A DNA stretch of 64,000 nt from an uncultured virus (IMG/VR IMGVR_UViG_3300037088_000888). Taxonomy: Duplodnaviria > Heunggongvirae > Uroviricota > Caudoviricetes. The stretch's first letter is position 1. Every line of letters starts with the position of its first letter. Shown here one piece after another: positions 1-8,218 of the stretch. The position numbers were made by a program, and so were the translations under genes. Where the stretch lies: the IMG/VR virus record IMGVR_UViG_3300037088_000888; one strand, written 5' to 3'. The notes beneath the pieces were generated by a model. It saw nothing but the letters and a program-made list of their open reading frames with translations, was not told the origin of the DNA and searched no databases.

Positions 1-512
1 TCTTTTCGATATGCAGTAATTGTCTTTTGATTTGTTTTTGTTTCTCCTGATGGAGTTTCAATATTAAAATTATCTTCTTCCAGAGTATTTAAAAATTGAT
101 TTTCATCACCACCATAATAATTAATTGTATCTTGCATTTCAACTTCTTCTAATCCACGTTTTTGCTGATATTCATAAATATCCTCTATTTTATTTAAAAC
201 TCTGCAAGCATCTTTTTCGTTTAAACCAAGTTTTACTGCTTTAATCGATACACCATCAAGTAAGGCTTTTACCATTCTGTGATGACCGTCACAAACTTTA
301 TTTTCACCAGCTATCCAAATAGGATTATTATCATTGAGTTCACATTTTTCAACTTCATCAGAAAATGTAACTCCTTGTGATGCCTCCAAATCATTTGGGT
401 CTGCTTCGATTAGTTCATAATCCACACCTTCTTCATCGAGTTGTTTTAACACAATTTCAAATGGTGCACTCATTTGTGGAAGAAATCTTGGCTTATAACG
501 CATATCAATCAT
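1..512 (-). CDS. ParB/Srx-like domain protein (partial, runs off window start)
   Basis: Not in the ORF track; manual translation from ATG at 512: MIDMRYKPRFLPQ...NPIWIAGENKVCDGHHRMVKALL, containing the ParB-type DGHHR motif; frame stays open to position 1. Confidence 0.65.
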   Translation of the reverse strand, partial: MIDMRYKPRFLPQMSAPFEIVLKQLDEEGVDYELIEADPNDLEASQGVTFSDEVEKCELNDNNPIWIAGENKVCDGHHRMVKALLDGVSIKAVKLGLNEKDACRVLNKIEDIYEYQQKRGLEEVEMQDTINYYGGDENQFLNTLEEDNFNIETPSGETKTNQKTITAYRK

Positions 513-542
513 TAGAATAATTTTACTATAAATACAGTAATC

Positions 543-1454
543 TTATTTTTTTATTTCTTTATCGATAAAATCCCAATTATTCAATGGAATCCAACCGTAT
601 TTTGTGTTAATTTCTAATTCATCTACTGGTATTTCTCTGGTTGTTACCCATTCATATCCTTCATTTTTTTTATATTTAAGTGATGGTGTAAAGTCTGCAG
701 TCTTTTTTGTTCTAAGTACAATACCTCTGGCTGACCCGCCTTTCATATCTGCATAATATTTTGCAACATTTGGTTTGCTGGTAAATGAAATAAAAGGTTC
801 ATTATTATTTGCTGCATTAATCTTCATACTACCTGTACGCTGTATGTAGTAACCAGCACCATCATATGTACCATGATATACATAGTTATTATCAGGAACA
901 AAATTTTGAACTTCTTCTTTAATAATTGATATAAGTTTACTTTCTGCTTCAACTAAAGTTAAACTACCTTGATTAGCAAGATAAATATTAAATTTTATAT
1001 CTTCAGGTAATGAATTTCTTATTCCTTCGTATGATATAATATCACTATCTTTGTCATCGTAAACATTAATTTCTCTCAGGTCTGGAAATTTCTTTGTATA
1101 ATCAAGAATTTTTTGACCTTTAGTTCTTTGATCACATTGCATATCGAGTTTATCAATATGAATATTATTAACATCCAATACTTCCTGAACTAAAGGACGT
1201 AATTTTTCCTGTCTTGAAGTCAATATAATTGTATATGTAGCTGGTGTTGAAACATCTTTATTTAAAAGATTCAATATTTTAGGAAATGGTTTAATATTAA
1301 AAACATTTAAATCAAGACTTTCTGGTCTACCCCACCAGCCTTGATATGGATGTGGCTTTCCCATTTTCTCTGACCATTGAATTTTTCCACTTTCTTTTTG
1401 GGGAGAATCTATAAGAGTACTATCAAAATCAAATGCACATAGTCTTGTTATCAT
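543..1454 (-). CDS. HAD-family phosphatase (RNA-repair 'Swiss army knife' type) fused to a C-terminal ADP-ribosyltransferase-like domain
   Basis: AFDFDSTL (DxDxT), LTSR and VYDDK HAD motifs; C-terminal YVYHGT...FISFTS...YE pattern typical of ART-like folds. Confidence 0.65.
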   Translation of the reverse strand: MITRLCAFDFDSTLIDSPQKESGKIQWSEKMGKPHPYQGWWGRPESLDLNVFNIKPFPKILNLLNKDVSTPATYTIILTSRQEKLRPLVQEVLDVNNIHIDKLDMQCDQRTKGQKILDYTKKFPDLREINVYDDKDSDIISYEGIRNSLPEDIKFNIYLANQGSLTLVEAESKLISIIKEEVQNFVPDNNYVYHGTYDGAGYYIQRTGSMKINAANNNEPFISFTSKPNVAKYYADMKGGSARGIVLRTKKTADFTPSLKYKKNEGYEWVTTREIPVDELEINTKYGWIPLNNWDFIDKEIKK

Positions 1455-1455
1455 T

Positions 1456-1842
1456 TTATTTAAATTCTACTTGAGTTATTTTTCCTCTTAATAATAATGG
1501 TCTGCGTAATTTCTCCCAATTAGTTAGATAATTTGACATCACTGGTTTGCCACCATTTGCCTTATTTACTGCCAATGTTATATGTGCTTTGGTATTATGA
1601 CTATTAATTCCTGATGATACGCCAACTGCAATTACTTTATCATCCATAGCAATATCATTAACAGTTAAACGTACAGCTAAGCCAAGATACTTTTCATATT
1701 CAGGGTCAATTTCACCCAAATTAACAGTCATATGATGCGCAATAATTTCAAATCCTTCTGGAATTATTGATTTAAACCTGTTGATTAATCTTTCTCTTGA
1801 TTGTTCGTCAAGTACAACTGCACTATATGATATATTACTCAT
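1456..1842 (-). CDS. 2H phosphoesterase (tRNA-ligase cyclic phosphodiesterase-like)
   Basis: Two HxT motifs: AHHMTV and AHITLA. Confidence 0.75.
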   Translation of the reverse strand: MSNISYSAVVLDEQSRERLINRFKSIIPEGFEIIAHHMTVNLGEIDPEYEKYLGLAVRLTVNDIAMDDKVIAVGVSSGINSHNTKAHITLAVNKANGGKPVMSNYLTNWEKLRRPLLLRGKITQVEFK

Positions 1843-3398
1843 AATTTTTTTAATAAACTGTAGAAATTTTCTACCAGTTCGCTTTTATTTTTATTTAAAA
1901 CATCTTGGTACTCTTTTTCAACACCAATAAATCTTGCTACGTCCATTGGAGTAACTGTTCTTGATGTATTGTCAAGCGTTTCATTTTGTGGTGTAGCTGC
2001 ATTTGTGTTATTTTGTGGTACAGCATTGTTTGCATTATTTTTAATTTTCCTGCTAATATAATCCACCAACATACTGACAACACCAGATACTGTATCAAAT
2101 ACACGAATCATAGCATCTTTATCAGCACCCCACATTGCTGCATAATTTAAGGAAGTTGTTTTCAAGTCAAAATTAAATGAGCCTAATACCATCCATGCTG
2201 TCAATTCAGCTTGTTGTTCAACAGCATCTCTGCCTTCAGCTTTACCTACAAAATATTGTGAATATTTTGAATTCTTATTTTTCATATAACTTTGATGTAA
2301 TAATTCATGTGCAATTTCATGTGCCAATGTTTTTGTTAAACCAACATCATTGCCTTCGTTTTTTAAAATTTGAATCATACCATTATGACTAACACCTCTT
2401 GCACCATCCAATTCATCAACCAATTCTATTTTAACTCCGTTTTCTTGAGCAAAATCAAGCAATGATTTATATATTGGTCTGATTTCTTCACTTATCATGT
2501 TTTCTTCAAACCATTTAATCTCTTTACGTTTTTCATAATCACCCAAGAAATTTTCTTTGCCTTCCATTTGTTGAGTATTCGAAACATCATATACAAACGT
2601 ATAGTCAAAATCATGACCACTAAACGCTCCACGAAGTTGAACGCCAAGACGTTCACGTTCACCCGGACCCAATTCATTATAGGTATTTTTACCAACTGAC
2701 TTTAAAAATTCTCCAGTAATTTTTTCTTTTTCAATTTTAGAATATGGTCTCATTGCTCTCTTACTCGGAGAACGTATAATCATTCTATTTTTCTTATCAA
2801 CAACACTTCTATTAAATCTATTCCAGTTGATTTCGCTTTTTACTAAACTTGCATTAGGATTTTGAATCATAATCAATATGCTATTCATGAAACTATATGA
2901 ATGTCCTTGAGAATTTTTAAAAGATAAAATAATTTGCATTGTTTTTTTAAATTCTTCATCGCTATCAATATTGACCAAAGTTTCTTTAAACTTTCCTAAT
3001 TTATCAATAAGTGCTCTTTTTTCGTCAGGCGTAAGTTCAGCGTCATTTTCTGGATTTGTAGTGGTTGGTGTTGCACTAATTTCTGACAAAAGAGCATCCA
3101 GTGATGATATTAATGCTGCAGCACTTTCTTCTTCTGGAGCACCTTCTAATGCATGTACTTCTTTTAATGCTGGTTCAATGAAATGACTGTAAACGTTTTG
3201 CCATTGATCTTTTGTTTTGCCTATATACCAAAACCAAAATTTATAATCATTATTCCATTTAGCACCATGATTTTTAAATATATCTTTATATTTGAAAGTT
3301 TCTTTGTTTTCTGGTTTATTTGGGTCAACATATGCAATATAATTACCCTTCTGATCTGTTCTTTTGCTTATAACAAATGCTTCATTTAACGTTTTCAT
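1839..3398 (-). CDS. ArdC-like ssDNA-binding domain plus zincin metallopeptidase (anti-restriction/polyvalent type)
   Basis: YSFMNSILIMIQNPNAS resembles the ArdC N-terminal domain; LAHEIAHELLH (HExxH) followed by EQQAE. Confidence 0.7.
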   Translation of the reverse strand: MKTLNEAFVISKRTDQKGNYIAYVDPNKPENKETFKYKDIFKNHGAKWNNDYKFWFWYIGKTKDQWQNVYSHFIEPALKEVHALEGAPEEESAAALISSLDALLSEISATPTTTNPENDAELTPDEKRALIDKLGKFKETLVNIDSDEEFKKTMQIILSFKNSQGHSYSFMNSILIMIQNPNASLVKSEINWNRFNRSVVDKKNRMIIRSPSKRAMRPYSKIEKEKITGEFLKSVGKNTYNELGPGERERLGVQLRGAFSGHDFDYTFVYDVSNTQQMEGKENFLGDYEKRKEIKWFEENMISEEIRPIYKSLLDFAQENGVKIELVDELDGARGVSHNGMIQILKNEGNDVGLTKTLAHEIAHELLHQSYMKNKNSKYSQYFVGKAEGRDAVEQQAELTAWMVLGSFNFDLKTTSLNYAAMWGADKDAMIRVFDTVSGVVSMLVDYISRKIKNNANNAVPQNNTNAATPQNETLDNTSRTVTPMDVARFIGVEKEYQDVLNKNKSELVENFYSLLKKL

Positions 3399-3571
3399 TT
3401 ATTGCTATCTTTTCTAATAGTATTATTTTCTTCAGTATTATCGCTCATAATAATATCATGATTTTCTTTCAGTTCTTGTTCAAAAAGAACTTCTTTATAT
3501 TCTTTTTCAACACCTAAAAATTTGGCTACATCCATTGGTGTAACTGTTCTTGTTTTGTCTTTGCTTTTCAT
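3395..3571 (-). CDS. 58-aa small protein that duplicates the C-terminal motif of the downstream ArdC-like protein
   Basis: Manual translation MKSKDKTRTVTPMDVAKFLGVEKEYKEVLFEQ...; ATGA stop/start overlap with the 3398 start; GTATTTAT motif immediately upstream. Confidence 0.65.
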   Translation of the reverse strand: MKSKDKTRTVTPMDVAKFLGVEKEYKEVLFEQELKENHDIIMSDNTEENNTIRKDSNK

Positions 3572-3620
3572 AATAAATACTTTATAGGATTTAGTAACTC
3601 ACACTTATATAATAATAAAA

Positions 3621-4277
3621 TTAATAAGTAAATTTTGTTAAGACATTATAATTTTTTCCCAATGCTGTTAATGCAATTTCAACTTCTTTAAAACATTCAT
3701 TAATACCACCACCGCATATTACTAATTTTCCACCAAATCTTCTTAAATAATCCATTAAATCTGGAATATTTATCATATCTGCTGCTGATTCAAGTAAATC
3801 TCTAACAGCACTTGAATCATATCCATATTCTTGCATAAAACCATTCCACATTTCTTCATCAATGTCCCTACTGTCATTAATGTTGTTTTGAATCATGTAT
3901 TTTACCAAATTTACAGTTTCTTCTTCTTCAATACCTTCATCCATGCAATATCTGAAAAACGCATATCCTTTATCATAAAATCTGGCTGAATCCAAAACTT
4001 CTTCTTGTAATCCATTTTCATATAACCAATCTCTATATCCTGCTTCATTTACCATTCCCAAAGTATCCTGACCATTGTACAAGAAAGTTAATGAATTTAT
4101 AACATTAATATTTTTATTTAAAAACATTATGAATGAATCCAAATTAAACGTAATATAACTTTCATATTCTGGCTGTATATCAACTGATATTAAATTTGCA
4201 CCCTGAACCAGATTGACACCAGAATCTTCAAGTAATTTATTTCGCTGTTGCTCTTTAAGTAATTTTTCTTTACGCAT
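3621..4277 (-). CDS. Isochorismatase/cysteine-hydrolase-like protein
   Basis: LISVDIQPEY (Asp), FYDKGY (Lys) and VICGGGINEC (Cys) fit the D-K-C triad. Confidence 0.55.
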   Translation of the reverse strand: MRKEKLLKEQQRNKLLEDSGVNLVQGANLISVDIQPEYESYITFNLDSFIMFLNKNINVINSLTFLYNGQDTLGMVNEAGYRDWLYENGLQEEVLDSARFYDKGYAFFRYCMDEGIEEEETVNLVKYMIQNNINDSRDIDEEMWNGFMQEYGYDSSAVRDLLESAADMINIPDLMDYLRRFGGKLVICGGGINECFKEVEIALTALGKNYNVLTKFTY

Positions 4278-7200
4278 AAAATGTTTTATTTCTTAATTGT
4301 AATTCATAATCGCTTCCCATAATATCTTCAACATTTTGACCATCAATATTTAATTCTTCAATTTTTAATGATGTATTTTTAAACAATCTTATTTCTTTTT
4401 CATCTTCACCAAGACTTAAATCCATGTTTGCATATATTGTATTTTTCCAATCAATATATTTTTCATTTATTGAAGATTTTATTAATGCATTACTGTTTTT
4501 TGCTGTATCACCCCAATGTGCTTCTGCAGCACGTTCATCCCATGACCAATAAATACCCAAATGTTTTCCCGCTTGTAAAAGATGATTAACCCAAATATCA
4601 TCAACTTTTATTCTTCTCCAAATATCAATAGTACCATCAGGTTTTATTTTATTTGTTATATTATCAACAACATCCTCATATCTGACACTTAATTCATATC
4701 TGAACCATTTTTTAAAATTTTCAGTTTTTTCAATTTCTTCTTTGTCAACATGAACCATATTTTCTTCATACTGATAATATTCAATATATCTTTCATAATT
4801 ATCACTCATTTCTACTTCTTTAATATATTCTGGAGTAATAATATCGGTATAATCTATTGTCTGAATTGACATTTCATTTAAAACCGTTTCATCTAATACA
4901 TTTCTATCAGTTAAAGCCACAAGTAATTCTTTTTTAAGTTTCTCGTCATGAATGAAATCTTCATAATTATTTTGAAGAAATTCTAACACAGATGCTTCTG
5001 AAGGGTCTGCATATCCACCCTGATTCCATATGTCATATTTTTCAACAAAAAACTTAATATCAACATTTTCTCCATTTATATTCCAAGTATTTTTTTCTTC
5101 TGGTCTTATTTCAGGATAAGCAAATTCATTAAGACTTACTGGTTCACCTTTTATATTCGCATAATATTCATTATAAAAATCATATTGTGGATTTTTTCTT
5201 TTTGCCTGACGTAATATGTTTAATAAATATACTCTATTTTCATATTTTCTTTCAATATAATCTTCAGCAGTATCGCCTAACCCAAATGCATTAGTGTTGT
5301 CTACTCTATGCAATAATTGATATTCATCCATATCATTATATATTCCATTATCAGAAGCAAATAAACCTAATGCCTTTGCCATCATGCCATGATTAAATCT
5401 GCCATCTTCCTGTGCAATATATAAATCTCCTTTATCATTTACAATTACCCTGACATTATCAGCAAAATTAGTTAATGACTTTGGATTTAAATATATTGGT
5501 ACTTCTTTAGCTGAATCATTTGAGGAGTAAGGTGTAACATAACCAATAGGTTCTTCAACACTTTTTTGTATATCTCCCATTGCCTGTACATCATTCTGAG
5601 TATTTGGGTCGGGTATGTTGAATGTTTTCTCCGCATATCTATCAGCAACACCTTCAAGCATTAGTTTTTCGCCAGCATCACCTCTTTGACCTTTAGTAGA
5701 ATATATTAATTTATTACCTTTTAATATTATTTCTTTTTCAAATGGTTTAGTATATTTTTTGCCCTCACCTTTTTTTACACATGCAATTGTTATATGCGGA
5801 TGATAATCAGGGAAATCTTCAGTATTTGGCAAATCTTTCATTATCTCATGTGCTTTTTTAAGTATATCGGATTCGACATCAAATTTTACTACGTCAAATT
5901 TAAAAGTTTCAAAAATATTAATACCTTTAATACGTATTTCAATTGGTTTTAATGGTATATTTAATTTATATAAATCAAACACTTCTTCAGCAGTAACTTC
6001 ATCATGGAAACCATATAATATTGTAACATGTGGGTCAGATTCAATACCATAACCTTCTTCATCATATAAATCTTCTTTATTGATTATTGATGTAATTTTA
6101 TTCCAAATTGGAATATCGAGAAATAATAACAATGCTCCATATTCAATTCTTTCGCTAACTTCTTCTTTAATCATTGGTTTATTTTGACCCGCCAAATTTA
6201 GCAATTCTTCTTTATTATTCCTAATTTTATTTGAATAAATCTTTAATAATAATGATTTTTGCATATCACCAATTACTTTACCTTGTAAACCAAGTTCCAT
6301 TAAATCATTACCATTTACTGCCAATTCATTAACAGTTTTGGGATACTTGCCTTCAAATAATTCTTGTGCAGCAGTTTTAATTACATTTGGCAATATCTGA
6401 CTTTGTAATGATATTGGAGATATCACGTACATATTATGTGCAATTGATCTTGCTTCAATTAAATTGGTTGCTTCACCGCTATCATATGCTATTTGAAGTG
6501 CTTTTATTTCTCTGTATGTATTTTCATCACCTTTAAGATTATTTTTGTAAAACTCTGCAGGGTCATTAACAAGATTTTTACTTAACAAATAAATAAATTC
6601 ACTCATTGTTTTTACTTTATCAAAGGGTTCTTTTGTATTTCTGAAATCATAATATAGTCCTCTACCAAATATTTCTTTAAGCAAACCAGTTTCATCAAGT
6701 AGTGTTGCAGCCAATAGTTTGTTTCCCTTTTTGACAATTTTATCAAATTCTGTCAAAATTCTCTCTGGTGCTATTTCTTTTACTCTCCCAGCATTTTTTT
6801 GAATCATTTTCATTGTGTCTGGGTCAATAGTAAATCCAAAACGTGAAGCAAATGAACAGAATCTTATAGCTCTTAATGGGTCATCTGAAAACGCCTCTGG
6901 ATTTGCTGCAGATATTTGTTTATTTTTTATATCTTCTAATCCTCCCAATGGGTCAATAAATTTATTTGTATTAATATTAATAGCCATAGCATTCATCTTA
7001 GCGTCCCTTCTAATTAATTCGTCTTCAATTGGAAGATTTTCATCACTTTGTACATCAAATCCACGATATCCACCCTCACTGTTTTTAGTTTCTCGTCTCG
7101 GTAAAGCAATATCATAATCAATACCCTCATTATCAATGAATTTAATGACTCCAAATGATTTACCCACAACATCTACCTTACCAAATTTTTGTAAATGTGC

Positions 7201-7380
7201 AACTAATTTGTCTATTGGTACTTTTCCAACCACCAAATCAATATCTTTATTGGGTTTATTAAGTATAAGATCACGCACAACTCCACCAACTACATAAACA
7301 TCTGATTTTAAATCATTTATTAGTGATTTAATAAAAGGTTTTTGCTTTAATATTAATATAAAATCATTCAGTTTTCCCAT
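4270..7380 (-). CDS. cca: Multidomain protein: CCA-adding/tRNA nucleotidyltransferase + 2H phosphoesterase (Acb1-like) + unknown domains + C-terminal ART-like domain
   Basis: VGGVVRD, DIDL, RRD..NA and DDPLRAIR class II NTase motifs; PHVTILYG and PHITIA 2H motifs; C-terminal IWR...GIYWSWD...EDEKE (R-S-ExE). Confidence 0.8.
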   Translation of the reverse strand: MGKLNDFILILKQKPFIKSLINDLKSDVYVVGGVVRDLILNKPNKDIDLVVGKVPIDKLVAHLQKFGKVDVVGKSFGVIKFIDNEGIDYDIALPRRETKNSEGGYRGFDVQSDENLPIEDELIRRDAKMNAMAININTNKFIDPLGGLEDIKNKQISAANPEAFSDDPLRAIRFCSFASRFGFTIDPDTMKMIQKNAGRVKEIAPERILTEFDKIVKKGNKLLAATLLDETGLLKEIFGRGLYYDFRNTKEPFDKVKTMSEFIYLLSKNLVNDPAEFYKNNLKGDENTYREIKALQIAYDSGEATNLIEARSIAHNMYVISPISLQSQILPNVIKTAAQELFEGKYPKTVNELAVNGNDLMELGLQGKVIGDMQKSLLLKIYSNKIRNNKEELLNLAGQNKPMIKEEVSERIEYGALLLFLDIPIWNKITSIINKEDLYDEEGYGIESDPHVTILYGFHDEVTAEEVFDLYKLNIPLKPIEIRIKGINIFETFKFDVVKFDVESDILKKAHEIMKDLPNTEDFPDYHPHITIACVKKGEGKKYTKPFEKEIILKGNKLIYSTKGQRGDAGEKLMLEGVADRYAEKTFNIPDPNTQNDVQAMGDIQKSVEEPIGYVTPYSSNDSAKEVPIYLNPKSLTNFADNVRVIVNDKGDLYIAQEDGRFNHGMMAKALGLFASDNGIYNDMDEYQLLHRVDNTNAFGLGDTAEDYIERKYENRVYLLNILRQAKRKNPQYDFYNEYYANIKGEPVSLNEFAYPEIRPEEKNTWNINGENVDIKFFVEKYDIWNQGGYADPSEASVLEFLQNNYEDFIHDEKLKKELLVALTDRNVLDETVLNEMSIQTIDYTDIITPEYIKEVEMSDNYERYIEYYQYEENMVHVDKEEIEKTENFKKWFRYELSVRYEDVVDNITNKIKPDGTIDIWRRIKVDDIWVNHLLQAGKHLGIYWSWDERAAEAHWGDTAKNSNALIKSSINEKYIDWKNTIYANMDLSLGEDEKEIRLFKNTSLKIEELNIDGQNVEDIMGSDYELQLRNKTFYA

Positions 7381-8218
7381 ATATTAAATTATTTATTTGA
7401 TTTTTACAAATGTTCAAATTTCGATATATATCATTTTCCCACAAATATAATATTTTATAATTACGATTACTTAAATAAGTAAACTTTCTTTTATCTCTAT
7501 GTATGTTATTTTGTTGTGCTAATGTTAATTTTTTATTTAAATATTTAATTGGATTTGCATGCCAATAATCTCCTTGCACTTCAATAATTAATTTATCATT
7601 AATCATAAAATCACAATTATAATATCCGACAATTTCTTTTTTTCTATAATAAACATTAATTTCTTTAAGATAATTTTCAATAATAATTTCAGGTTTAGTA
7701 TCAATTATTTTGTTTTTATAAATATTATTAATTCTAATTAAATTTAATTCATTTTTTCTTTTATCCGATAAATTATTCCAATATACTTTTTTTGCATCAG
7801 ATATTTTTTTTCTTTGTTCAATTACCATTGTTATTCCTCTATTTGGTGATATTTTACCAAACATACCATTATTAATACCAGAAGTATTTAATACACCATT
7901 TTTATGTTTTTCAATCTTATCTTTTGATAATTTAGTTTTTATTTCTTTTGATTTTTCACTACCATAATAATCATCATAATTTTTTCCATGTATTTTAGAT
8001 ATTTTACCCCACATTGAATTTTTTTCTCCCAGATGAGCAATACTTCTATTTCTAAATTCAGTTTCTTTATTTTTTCTTAATTTAAGTCGTTTTGCTTTAA
8101 CTTTAATTGACATAATTGTTCTATTTGAAAATAAACTAATTAATTCCTCATTTGTTTTTATTGCAAAATTATTTTTTAATAATATTATTTCATTATTAGT
8201 CCAAGTATTTTTATTCAT
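7364..8218 (-). mobile_element. Free-standing homing endonuclease-like gene (NUMOD3-like repeats + Vsr/DUF559-like nuclease)
   Basis: GEKNSMWGK and NNGMFGK motifs; TKPE...CDF...IEVQGDYWH nuclease core. Confidence 0.7.
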
